Assembly: GCA_963788655.1 (NCBI GenBank)
Contig: CAWBHS010000090.1
Span: 1 to 64,000 of the forward strand
Length of the DNA: 64,000 nucleotides
Source: an uncultured Verrucomicrobiae bacterium
Lineage (GTDB): Bacteria; Verrucomicrobiota; Verrucomicrobiia; Limisphaerales; JAFGQR01
Direction: 5' to 3'
The translations under genes and the position numbers were made by a program. The first letter of the stretch is position 1. Each line of letters opens with the position of its first letter. This document shows, one piece after another, positions 25,910 to 34,829 of the stretch. The notes beneath the pieces were generated by a model, which made no database searches, was not told the origin of the DNA, and was given only the letters and a program-made list of their open reading frames with translations.

Positions 25910-27112
25910 TCAGTGCCGCGCTTTGCAACTCGCTTCGAGCAGATCCACCAGTTCGCGCTCGACATTGCTGCCACCAATTCCAACGCGCGCCTCTGGGGAC
26001 ATCGCCGCGAGTGTCTGCGCCGAGCGCCGATAGTTGGCCGAAACAAAATCTCTAAGCGCCGACACCAGGGCAAGTGAAATATCACGATTCGCGCCCTTGG
26101 ATGAATCCGCAATGGTTTCTTCACATCTTGCAAGTCCGTCGACGTCTCCCGCCGTCGCGAACAGCCCCGCCACATGAAGGGCGATGAAAGGATGGCCAAT
26201 CATTCCCCAGACATGCTCGATATGGTTGAGCACATCATTTCCCAAAGCGCTCGTCTCGCCGCAGCGCAAATAATCCCGCAACAAGAAACCGCCGCAATCG
26301 GCAAGCGTAAGGATAGGACCGCAGGTCGTGGTCTCGGGCGCACAAAACTCCAGGTAACGGCGCATCGCGGCTTCGCGGTCACCGATTTGCCATTCGGCCA
26401 AAGCAAGGTGCCATTGGACGTGACCATACATTTGTCCGTCACGTGCGCCGGATTCATGGGTCACGAGCCAGTCCTGCAGCAGCTTCGCCGACTCTTCTGC
26501 TGCTCCGTCATCGTGAAGCACATGGGCCAATCCATGAATGGAATAGAGTGCCTGAGGCCGGATTTCCAGAGCCCGCTCGATGAGCTCGCGTCCGCGTTTG
26601 CGTTGCCCGGCTTCACTGGCCGCGAATCCGAGCCGCGCAAGAAATGCCCAATCATTGCCCAACGCATGTTCAACGGACTCGAAGACCTCCAGAACGGACT
26701 CCAGCTTGTTGGGTCCGCCGTAGAAAAACAGATACCCCGTGAGTTGGGAGATCACTAACAGATCGCCGGGCGTCGATTCGATGTAGGCCTTTGCCTTCTC
26801 CAAGCAAGCGTCCGGTTCGTCGAGCAATCCGATCAGCACATCGACATGCTGGCGTTCCCATTCGCTTGCGTTCGGTGCCGTTCGTTCTGCCAGTTCCCTG
26901 TAGTACTTGGCGTTGGGTTCTCCGACATCCTGGGCCACGTAATAGCGCGCCGCCGCCGCTAGCGCGAAGTCGTTATCCAGTTCCAACGCCTTATCGAGGA
27001 TCTCGGCCGCGCGCGATTCTGATCCGAGTATCAAATCGACCGCTTCCTGGTATAAGCCAGCAGCTTCAGGGGAATGACTCGATAGTGCATTACCGGTTCG
27101 TGCGTCGAACAT
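25910..27112 (-). CDS. TPR protein, TTC38-like
   Basis: ALELDNDFALAAAA, SIHGLAHVLHD, HVQWHLALAE, and C-terminal IGGSNVERE. Confidence 0.75.
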   Translation of the reverse strand: MFDARTGNALSSHSPEAAGLYQEAVDLILGSESRAAEILDKALELDNDFALAAAARYYVAQDVGEPNAKYYRELAERTAPNASEWERQHVDVLIGLLDEPDACLEKAKAYIESTPGDLLVISQLTGYLFFYGGPNKLESVLEVFESVEHALGNDWAFLARLGFAASEAGQRKRGRELIERALEIRPQALYSIHGLAHVLHDDGAAEESAKLLQDWLVTHESGARDGQMYGHVQWHLALAEWQIGDREAAMRRYLEFCAPETTTCGPILTLADCGGFLLRDYLRCGETSALGNDVLNHIEHVWGMIGHPFIALHVAGLFATAGDVDGLARCEETIADSSKGANRDISLALVSALRDFVSANYRRSAQTLAAMSPEARVGIGGSNVERELVDLLEASCKARH

Positions 27113-27433
27113 GAGGCGGATCCCTGTTTTGTGCCTGTCGATTGGAATACAAATCGAGCCGGGCCGATGGTTGCCACCGGCTTGACTGAATGGTTGGCGC
27201 GCCAAACGATCCGCGCGAATCGCGCCCGTCGCCGGTGTGGCACATAGTCCGTGTGGGCTTAGGGAAATATACCGCGATTGCCCGGTATCACAAGTTCAAT
27301 CGGCGGGTCGGCAAAAGGAGCCGAGGGATCAATTGCGCCCAGCCCATTTTTACTCCCGTGGATGCTCGGGGCGGCCGCCTATATCATTCTTCTGCTGTAC
27401 GTATTTAATCTGTGCGCCCCGTTTTCCGCGATT

Positions 27434-27576
27434 CGCATCTGTCACCGACCCCATCAATTCATTTGTGGAGTCAGCCCGTCCGCGCGTGAGCTTCTTCTTC
27501 AAATAAACGTTCAACAAGAAAAGGGGTTGGTAACAAACGCGAACGAGCCCGATACGCATTTGTCACCGACCCCTTT
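27434..27576. repeat. REP-like repeat cluster: 22-bp inverted pair plus a third direct copy
   Basis: 27520-27541 AAAGGGGTTGGTAACAAACGCG versus 27555-27576 (reverse complement AAAGGGGTCGGTGACAAATGCG, 3 mismatches); third copy CGCATCTGTCACCGACCCC at 27434-27452. Confidence 0.75.
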
Positions 27577-27622
27577 GTTTTCTGCCATCAAGCTCGACCT
27601 GCCGCTTTGGCCGCCGCGCCAG

Positions 27623-28975
27623 TCAGCCCACCTGGGGCAATCTCTCCAGGGCCCGCGCAGCAGCTTCTTCGGAAAACTCCTGGTCTTCCAGCTCGCCGTT
27701 GAAATAGCGATCGTAGGCGGCCATGTCGAAGTGGCCGTGACCGGAGAGATTGAACAGGATCGTCTTGGCTTCACCGCTGTCTTTGCAAGCGAGCGCTTCG
27801 TCCACGGCGCCGCGGATGGCATGACACGACTCCGGCGCGGCAATGATGCCTTCGCTGCGCGCGAACAGAACCCCGGCCTCGAACGTCGCTACCTGCGGCA
27901 CCGCTCGCGCCTCGATCAGGCCCTCGTGATAGAGCTGACTGACCAGCGGCGAATCGCCGTGATAACGCAGTCCGCCGGCGTGGATGCTGGGTGGAACGAA
28001 GTCGTGTCCCAAAGTGTACATGCGCATCAACGGCGTCAGTCCGGCGGTGTCGCCGAAATCGTAGGCATACAACCCGCGCGTCAAGGTGGGGCAGGATGCG
28101 GGCTCCATGGCCACAAGCCGAACCGCTTTGCCCGCAGCCTTGTCGGCCAAGAACGGAAACGCAATGCCGCCGAAGTTGGACCCTCCTCCGCATGGGGCCA
28201 GCACCACATCGGGATACTCGCCCACCAGCTCGAGTTGTTTCTTCGCTTCCAGGCCGATGACCGTCTGGTGCAGCAGCACGTGGTTGAGCACCGAGCCGAG
28301 GGTGTAGTTGGTGTCCTTGCGCGAGGCGGCTTCTTCGACCGCCTCGGAAATGGCGATGCCCAGCGAACCCGGGCAGTCCGGGTCTTCGGCCAGAATCTTG
28401 CGGCCCGACTCCGTGAGGTTGGTGGGGCTGGCCAGCACTTCCGCGCCCCAGGTGTGCATCATGGAGCGCCGAAACGGCTTCTGCTCGTAACTGACCTTCA
28501 CCATATACACGCGCACATCGATGCCGAACATCTGCGCCACGAGCGCCAGCGACGAGCCCCACTGCCCGGCGCCGGTCTCGGTGGTCAGGCGCCGAATGCC
28601 GGCCTCGCGGTTGTAGTAGGCCTGTGCCAGGGCGGTATTGGGCTTGTGGGAACCAGCCGGACTGACGCCTTCGTACTTGTAATAGATCCGCGCCGGCGTA
28701 TCGAGGGCGCGCTCCAACCGATGGGCGCGAAACAGCGGCGATGGCCGCCACATACTGTAGATCTCGCGCACTTCCTCGGGGATCTCGATCCAGCGCTCGG
28801 CGCTGACTTCCTGCGCAATCAGTGCTTCGGGGAAGATGGCCGTCAGGGCATCGGGGCCGATGGGGTTGCCGTCCGGGCCCAGCGGTGGCGAAGGCGGGTT
28901 GGGCATGTCGGCCACAACGTTATACCAGTGGGTCGGAATATCTTGCTCAGATAATAGAATCTTGGTATCCGGCAT
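27623..28975 (-). CDS. trpB2: TrpB-like PLP enzyme (tryptophan synthase beta type 2)
   Basis: [60 protein letters not shown]; no adjacent trpA. Confidence 0.95.
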   Translation of the reverse strand: MPDTKILLSEQDIPTHWYNVVADMPNPPSPPLGPDGNPIGPDALTAIFPEALIAQEVSAERWIEIPEEVREIYSMWRPSPLFRAHRLERALDTPARIYYKYEGVSPAGSHKPNTALAQAYYNREAGIRRLTTETGAGQWGSSLALVAQMFGIDVRVYMVKVSYEQKPFRRSMMHTWGAEVLASPTNLTESGRKILAEDPDCPGSLGIAISEAVEEAASRKDTNYTLGSVLNHVLLHQTVIGLEAKKQLELVGEYPDVVLAPCGGGSNFGGIAFPFLADKAAGKAVRLVAMEPASCPTLTRGLYAYDFGDTAGLTPLMRMYTLGHDFVPPSIHAGGLRYHGDSPLVSQLYHEGLIEARAVPQVATFEAGVLFARSEGIIAAPESCHAIRGAVDEALACKDSGEAKTILFNLSGHGHFDMAAYDRYFNGELEDQEFSEEAAARALERLPQVG

Positions 28976-29345
28976 ACGCCAACTCCTTGCTCCGAAAGTC
29001 TATTGCGCTCGTGCCGGGCGACGGGCGCCCGCCAATAGCATTCAAACCCATTGATACCACAACCTCGCCCCCGGAGGCCAACGACGGCCGGCGCCGAATC
29101 AACGATCGAAAGCGGGATCGACGGGGACGTTAACGCCCTACCGGTCCGACGCCGCCGGCGCACTCAAACTACGGACCGTGGCTCAGCAGTAAGCCATTCA
29201 CCTAGGAAAAATTATTAGCGAAATTTGTACCGTAGATACGCCAACCGCCTCGACTAAGGTGAGTCAGAGCCGGCCCGGAACGATTCCCTAAGTAACAGGG
29301 AATCGGGGCACAAGGAATCGGCGACCAGACAGAAAGGACACTGTT

Positions 29346-30029
29346 ATGAACGAGCCTTGTTTGGCGTGCGAGGAGCGCATCCGCAATCAAGACCTGATCC
29401 ACCAGTTCAAGGACTTTATCGAGTCGGACTCGTTCCCCTGCGTGGGCGCCAAGTCCGCACTCCACCGTGCTCAGATCACTTTTCTGGTGGAAGACGACTT
29501 GCGCGATGGGCCATGCGCGAGCACCGTCTCGGAGATGCAAGCGTTCAGCGAACGCTATAGTCGCGAAGCACCTTTGTTCCAAAGTCTGGTGGTATTGTTT
29601 CGCGAACCCCGGGGGTCGACAGAGCAATCCTTCGAGCGGGCACTGTGGCGCTACCTGCAGGGCGTCCACGATATCGACGTGCAAAGCCACCAGTGGGATC
29701 CGAAAGTCAGTCGCGACCCGGAATCCACCCACTTCAGCTTCAGCGTTGGCGGACGTGGATACTATGTCGTAGGCTTGCATCCGGGCGCCAGCAGAACCGC
29801 GCGTCGCTTTTACCGGCCGGCCCTGGTATTCAACCTGCACGACCAGTTCGAACGCTTGCGGAGCGACGGACGCTACGATCCGATCCGCAACACAATCGTC
29901 AAGCGGGACCAAAAAATCGAAGGAAGCGAGAATCCAATGCTGAAGAAATTCGGAACCAGTTCGGAAGCACGGCAATATAGTGGCCGCGCCGTCGACGACG
30001 AATGGAAGTGTCCATTCCATGCGCGCTGA
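29346..30029 (+). CDS. YqcI/YcgG family (GntA/DcsA-like) heme-dependent guanidino N-hydroxylase
   Basis: FPCVGA, FERALWRYLQ, WDPKVSRDP...FSFSVGG, GLHPGASR..R, VFNLHDQFE, SEARQYSGR, WKCPF. Confidence 0.88.
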   Translation: MNEPCLACEERIRNQDLIHQFKDFIESDSFPCVGAKSALHRAQITFLVEDDLRDGPCASTVSEMQAFSERYSREAPLFQSLVVLFREPRGSTEQSFERALWRYLQGVHDIDVQSHQWDPKVSRDPESTHFSFSVGGRGYYVVGLHPGASRTARRFYRPALVFNLHDQFERLRSDGRYDPIRNTIVKRDQKIEGSENPMLKKFGTSSEARQYSGRAVDDEWKCPFHAR

Positions 30030-30606
30030 AATCCCGCCTCGTTCCGGCGTCGCCTTCGAGCTGCGCAAAGGCCAACGACTGCGCGTGATCGACCCCAAAG
30101 GCGAACAAGTCTCCGACCTGATGGCGTTCAATCGCGAAGATCCGCAGGAATATCTGTCGTCCGGACGCACCCTCGATTATGCATCGAAGTTGTTCCTCAG
30201 CACCGGAGACACCCTCTATTCCAACCGCAGCGTACCCATGTTCGTGATTGGCGAGGACCGGGTTAAACGCCACGACTTCCTGCTCACGCCCTGCTCCGCG
30301 GATACCTTCCGGATCATCTATGGCCACGACGACCCCCATCGCGGCTGCCACGGAAACCTGTCGGAAGCACTGGCGCCATTCGGCATTGCACCGGATCAGA
30401 TCCCGATCACGTTCAACGTATTCATGAACGTCGAAGTAAACGGTGAGTCAGGCGAAATCGCGGTAAAGCCGCCCCGCAGCAAGGCCGGCGACTACGTCGA
30501 TTTCGTTGCCCAGATGGATTTGATCGTCGGCTTGACCGCCTGCTCGGCAGAGCAGTCGAACAACTACAGCTTCAAGCCGATCGAATACGAAGTGTACCCG
30601 GAATAA
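30019..30606 (+). CDS. Urea carboxylase-associated family protein (DUF1989)
   Basis: RVIDPKGEQVSDL, HDFLLTPCS, GCHGNL, FNVFMNV, SKAGDYV, GLTACSAEQSNN; start overlaps the yqcI-like stop. Confidence 0.9.
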   Translation: MRAEIPPRSGVAFELRKGQRLRVIDPKGEQVSDLMAFNREDPQEYLSSGRTLDYASKLFLSTGDTLYSNRSVPMFVIGEDRVKRHDFLLTPCSADTFRIIYGHDDPHRGCHGNLSEALAPFGIAPDQIPITFNVFMNVEVNGESGEIAVKPPRSKAGDYVDFVAQMDLIVGLTACSAEQSNNYSFKPIEYEVYPE

Positions 30607-30742
30607 CCGCGCTCGGCCGGGCCGGTTCGCGGCACTGGCCCCAAAAATAAATCCGTCCCGACATCTGTCCCTCCCGTGATCTGTCCCACGGACGTGCACG
30701 TGCCTCCGCGGCGCAAAAACTCGAATTCACAATCTGCGAGAT

Positions 30743-30759
30743 TTGGCAATGCAAATGCC
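30743..30759 (+). promoter_or_regulatory. Putative sigma-54 (-24/-12) promoter of the cyc2-like gene
   Basis: TTGGCAATGCAAATGC matches TGGCAC-N5-TTGC spacing with two mismatches. Confidence 0.45.
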
Positions 30760-30815
30760 TACACGGCCAGCCGTTCCGCGCCCGAAGTCGTTCATTGCAA
30801 TGAAGGGGATTCGCA

Positions 30816-32152
30816 ATGCGCCCTACGCCTTTCGCTCTGCACGCCCGCTTCCCGACCTCCCTGCTCGCACTTCTTCTCTTGCTCGCGCCTCTGGCGGCAC
30901 ATGCCGTTCCTCTTTATGCGCGGCAAACGGGCTTCAACTGCGCCTCCTGCCATACAGGCGGCCGGTTCCCCGAACTCACGCAACTGGGGCGTCAGTTCAA
31001 GCTCCTGGGCTACACGATGGGCACGCGGCAGATCATTCCGCTCGCCGGAATGCTGCAGGGCGGTTGGACCCGGCTGAGGAACCATGACGGTTCGGCCGAT
31101 CCCGGGACGGACTTTCCGGACGATAAACGGTGGCAGCTGCAGCGGGCGAGTCCGTTCACGGGCGGGAAGATTCTCGACAACGCGGATGCGTTCGCGCAGT
31201 GGACGTACGACGGAGTCGAGCATCATTCGCAATTGGACAACGTCGATGTGCGCTATGCCCGTGAAACCGCCGTAGGCAGTAAGAGCCTGATCTACGGTGT
31301 TTCACTCAACAACAATCCCACCGTGCAGGACGTTTTCAATACCACGCCGGCGTGGGGGTATCCGACTGCCGGGCCCGGCGGTGCATTCCAAGGCTATGGG
31401 CCAAGCACGATGATCGATGGCACGCCGCGCAAAGGGTCGCGGGGATCGGCGCGTATGTCGATTGGAACAACTTCGTGTACGCGGAACTAAGCGGCTATCA
31501 AACCGCGGACGGTGTGTTTTCCTTGCTGCGGGCGGGAAGCGATACCACCGACAACCGCCACCCGGTGCAAGGGCTCAACCCGTACTGGCGAGTGGCGCTG
31601 CATGGCGATACCGGGCCGGGCTCGTGGGAGGTCGGCGCCTACGGCATGGAGGTGGATGCGTATTCCGACACAACCGACCCCAGCAGTCCGACGGACCGCT
31701 ACACCGATCGAGCCCTCGACGCGCAATATCAATACACGCGGGGAAAGAATGTCGTTTCGGCCGAGGCGACGTGGATCTATGAAACCATCGACTGGCATCC
31801 CGGCGCGGTATCGAGCACCGTCAGCAATGCTTCAGACACGCTGAACACGCGGCGCATCAAGGCGGGGTACTACTACAACAACAAGATCGGCGGCAGCGCG
31901 GCTTATTTTGCAACGACCGGCAGCAACGACGCGCTATTATACGCCGACAATACCAGCGCAGCGCCCGATACCAGCGGGTATATCTTCGAGTTGAGCTATC
32001 TGCCCATTGAAAAACTTCGCTTCGCGCTGCAATACACGCACTACATGAAGTTCGACGGGGCATCGTCCGACTACGACCAGTCGGGAACCTTTGCCGGGCG
32101 GGATGCGAAAGACAACGATACGCTGTTTCTGTCAGCGTGGGTGTTGTTCTGA
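30816..32152 (+). CDS. cyc2: Cyc2-like fused monoheme cytochrome c / outer-membrane porin (frameshift near 31430)
   Basis: Signal peptide ending AHA, then VPLYARQTGFNCASCH...FPELTQLGRQFKLLGY, LNNNPTVQDVFNTTPAWG, beta-strand-rich body and a terminal Phe (LSAWVLF). Confidence 0.8.
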
Positions 32153-32234
32153 AGTCTCGGGTCCATAGCCCCTGGACAACTGGGATTAAGGCGGATTGGT
32201 ATAACAATTAATCCCTGGTCCCCTGTATGGCTTT

Positions 32235-33632
32235 CTACTTGGCCCGCGTAGAGCGCGCCCCGAGTGTGCCGGACCTCGAAGCCATCTCTCGCTTGGCTGT
32301 CATGAGGACATCGGCCGTGTCGGCATGACCCAACTCCGCGAGGGTCCGCGCGAACGCCTCCAAGACGTCCTCCAACTGGGGCGTCAGCACAAGATCCCCA
32401 AGCGCCGTGACCAGGCGGCACACGGAAGCGCACACCCTCATCTGCAGGTGCTCCGGCAGCCTCGAGACGACGAGCCGGTAGGCGTGCAACACCTCCACGA
32501 ATGTCTCCTGCTGCAACGATTCCGTAGCGACGACCGCAAGGGCCTCCAGCGACTCGAGCACTCGCTTCACCAGACCATCCGGATAGACTAGCGGGAGCGT
32601 CCCGTCGCTCCCCTCCACCTCCTCGTAAGACGCGGCCCATCGGGCGAGGATGTCACGCAGGTTCCTCACGACCGCCATCGAGATGCCGGGGTTTTGGTAG
32701 GCCGACGAGGCAGACGACCATCCGATCATGTGAAGCTGTTCGACACCGAAGGCGGGGTCACGCCGCACGGAGCGCTGGTAGTCGAGGGCTATGGATGCTC
32801 GAGCGGCTTCGGCGAGTCGCTTTGCCTCGTCGGGGCGTTCTGCGCGGGCGCGCGCGAGTACCTCCCCATAGGCCGCGAAGTTCCCCACCTCTATACAGAT
32901 CTCCACCTCAACCTTACCCCGCGCCGAGCGCAGCGCCTTTCTGAGCGCACCCACGTCCACGTCCCGCACGTAGCCGTGGCGCTCGGTCCGTACGTTCACC
33001 TCGGTCCCGCCGAAATAGCGCGGCGATCGGTAGCTCGCCAACAGGAGTTCTCGCTGGTGGCGGCGGGCTTCGAGCGTCAGCGTCCGCACATCTCCGATGA
33101 CGGTCTGAGGGCGCATCTGGTTGACCGCGGTGAAGACGAGGATCAGGAGCGCGTAGAGGGCAGCGGCAGTCAGCAGTAAAGACAGTGCGGCGCCGAGCAC
33201 CGGATTGAATCCCTCATGCGCGCTGGAGTGCACTAGGAGAACGAACATCGTGGCGCCCAGGAAATAGCCCATCAGCGTTTGATTCCGCCGCCGCATGAGA
33301 AACGAGTAGACCACCTGTGGCGCAAGGAGGGAGGCGGACTGTTGCAAGGCGAGAAGCAGCATGGAAAAGGTGATCGAGGTCATGGTGATCAACCCCGTGG
33401 TCAGCATGCTGAGAAAGTCGTTCGTCGACCGTGCCTGCCGGAAGAAATGCGACTCGACCATGTGCCGAGCCGGCAGAACCCACCTCGGCCCATGACTGTC
33501 GAGCCAGATCGTGATGACCGCCACGACGACGCAGACCAGCATGACCGCGGTGGGAACCCAGAGAAACTCCAGGAACCCTTTACGGATGCGGCTCCACGCC
33601 TTTGATCCGTCTATCGGGACGACGGGAGGCAC
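32235..33632 (-). CDS. DUF2254 family membrane protein (start uncertain)
   Basis: ITMTSITFSMLLLALQQSA...APQ, RHGYVRDVD, RDPAFGVEQL. Confidence 0.75.
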   Translation of the reverse strand: MPPVVPIDGSKAWSRIRKGFLEFLWVPTAVMLVCVVVAVITIWLDSHGPRWVLPARHMVESHFFRQARSTNDFLSMLTTGLITMTSITFSMLLLALQQSASLLAPQVVYSFLMRRRNQTLMGYFLGATMFVLLVHSSAHEGFNPVLGAALSLLLTAAALYALLILVFTAVNQMRPQTVIGDVRTLTLEARRHQRELLLASYRSPRYFGGTEVNVRTERHGYVRDVDVGALRKALRSARGKVEVEICIEVGNFAAYGEVLARARAERPDEAKRLAEAARASIALDYQRSVRRDPAFGVEQLHMIGWSSASSAYQNPGISMAVVRNLRDILARWAASYEEVEGSDGTLPLVYPDGLVKRVLESLEALAVVATESLQQETFVEVLHAYRLVVSRLPEHLQMRVCASVCRLVTALGDLVLTPQLEDVLEAFARTLAELGHADTADVLMTAKREMASRSGTLGARSTRAK

Positions 33633-33676
33633 GGCGAGCCTGGTTCAGGTGTGGGAACGAAACGCAGCGAAATTAG

Positions 33677-33755
33677 CGTCGACTTCACGGACATATCCAG
33701 CCCTCGCAAGGTGATGTGACGGCGAGTATTAAAGCTGATTTGTACAAAAAATTAA
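33677..33755 (+). repeat. ~78-bp imperfect direct repeat, copy 1
   Basis: CGTCGACTTCACGGACATATCCAGCCCTCG...ATTAAAGCTGATTTGTACAAAAAATTAA, matched by 34543-34619. Confidence 0.85.
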
Positions 33756-33792
33756 CCACTTGGCCCCCGTTTAATTCTTGTATTCGCACACT

Positions 33793-34134
33793 TCAGGACT
33801 GCGGGTCGAACTGGAAGACGCGCAGTTCCTGGTCGCAGCGGCAAGCCTTCGCGATGCGCGCGGCCCACGCGATGGCGTCCTCACGCGAAGACAACTCAAG
33901 TATGGTGAAGCCGCCGTTGAGCGGGGGCGCCCAAGCATAGCCGCCCTCCGCGACCGCACCGTTGGCCGATACGAGCGCAGGCGGTATGTCTTCGTCGATG
34001 CCGCCGCCAAAGACGTAGACCCCAGCGGCTTTCGCCTCGTCAATCACGGCGTGCGCGTCGCGGCCCACCTCCTCCCACTCGCTGTCCGGCACGACCATCG
34101 CCGCGCTTGGAAAGGAGATCAGGTACTTTGCCAT
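33793..34134 (-). CDS. YciI family protein, cassette-like
   Basis: AKAAGVYVFGGG, GGFTILELSSREDAIAWAARIAKACRCDQELR; preceded by a GTTAGGC core at 34190-34184. Confidence 0.85.
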   Translation of the reverse strand: MAKYLISFPSAAMVVPDSEWEEVGRDAHAVIDEAKAAGVYVFGGGIDEDIPPALVSANGAVAEGGYAWAPPLNGGFTILELSSREDAIAWAARIAKACRCDQELRVFQFDPQS

Positions 34135-34183
34135 GGTGCATTTTCTCTCGAAGGATTGATGACGATCGTAAAGCGTGTGTGCG

Positions 34184-34215
34184 GCCTAACGCCCAGGATG
34201 TGCGACGCCGGTCAC
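34184..34215 (-). repeat. Right half of an attC site (L'-R')
   Basis: Minus strand GTGACCGGCGTCGCACATCCTGGGCGTTAGGC ends in a GTTRRRY core directly upstream of the yciI-like gene. Confidence 0.6.
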
Positions 34216-34259
34216 CGACCTATCAAGAATAACCGTGTCGGAGTCAATCTAGTTCTAAT

Positions 34260-34342
34260 ATTAGCGATTAATCCTCTCTGACTCGGTTTTTCTTCCGGTT
34301 TTTCTTCAAAATTAGCGGTTAATCCTCTCTGATCCGATTTTT
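34260..34342 (+). repeat. Two ~32-bp tandem REP-like copies
   Basis: ATTAGCGATTAATCCTCTCTGACTCGGTTTTT (34260-34291) and ATTAGCGGTTAATCCTCTCTGATCCGATTTTT (34311-34342). Confidence 0.8.
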
Positions 34343-34346
34343 TCCG

Positions 34347-34525
34347 CGCAACCCCATTTTGGTCGAAATGAAGCGCAGACTTACCGAGCGACGTAAAGCG
34401 AAGATGGGTATCGTTGGCGCAGCGATGCGGAAACTCGTGCACATCATCTACGGCGTCTTAAAATCCGGGAAGCCCTTTGATCTTAATTTTTCTTCGGCAC
34501 AGGCTTCACGGATACGACGGTATCT
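34347..34525 (+). mobile_element. IS110-family (IS621/Piv-like) remnant: transposase C-terminus and right end
   Basis: RNPILVEMKRRLTERRKAKMGIVGAAMRKLVHIIYGVLKSGKPFD; followed by GACGGTATCT running into a TGACCC repeat. Confidence 0.8.
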
Positions 34526-34542
34526 GACCCGGTTTTTCTGTC

Positions 34543-34619
34543 CGTCGGCTTCACGGACGTATCCAGCCCTCGAAAAGTCAAGAACGGCGGGGATTAAAGC
34601 TGATTTGTACAAAAATTAA
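34543..34619 (+). repeat. ~78-bp imperfect direct repeat, copy 2
   Basis: CGTCGGCTTCACGGACGTATCCAGCCCTCG...ATTAAAGCTGATTTGTACAAAAATTAA. Confidence 0.85.
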
Positions 34620-34720
34620 TCCTTCTTTATATTTTCGCCGAGCCCAGAAAAGCTGCTCTTGAAGGTTACCCCAGATGCTCGGAGGATCCACTCAGCCGTC
34701 CTTGGCTGGTTGCTTCAAAT

Positions 34721-34810
34721 ACTGGATTGCAAGACCTGACCCCGATGCCCTGCAGCGATCGCCCCCGCCAAAACCGTGGTCTGTTCCCGATTGTTCTTCG
34801 CCGATTGTTC
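34721..34810 (+). repeat. REP-like motifs interrupting the attC of the first cassette
   Basis: ATTGCAAGACCTGACCCC (to 34743), AAAACCGTGGTCTGTTCCCGATT (34770-34792) and duplicated CCGATTGTTC (34787-96, 34801-10). Confidence 0.6.
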
Positions 34811-34814
34811 GCGC

Positions 34815-34821
34815 GTTAGGC
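34815..34821 (-). repeat. attC inverse core (R'', GCCTAAC) of the first cassette
   Basis: GCCTAAC lies 8 nt after the stop codon and is the exact complement of the GTTAGGC at the cassette start. Confidence 0.7.
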
Positions 34822-34829
34822 CACCTCGA

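Noticed and set aside
27278..28954. Long antisense ORFs (this 558-aa one, also 37635..39440, 45894..47972, 52188..53966, 62077..63534)
   Set aside because: Shadow frames opposite well-supported genes, expected in GC-rich DNA; no recognisable motifs
29000..29345. Guanidine riboswitch upstream of the YqcI/DUF1989 pair
   Set aside because: ACG-containing hairpins near 29015 and 29076 lack the paired ACGR tetraloop layout and are far from the start codon; no ykkC-I or ykkC-III consensus seen
33677..34810. CRISPR array
   Set aside because: Repeats are few, degenerate and irregularly spaced, without constant-length spacers; no cas genes in the window
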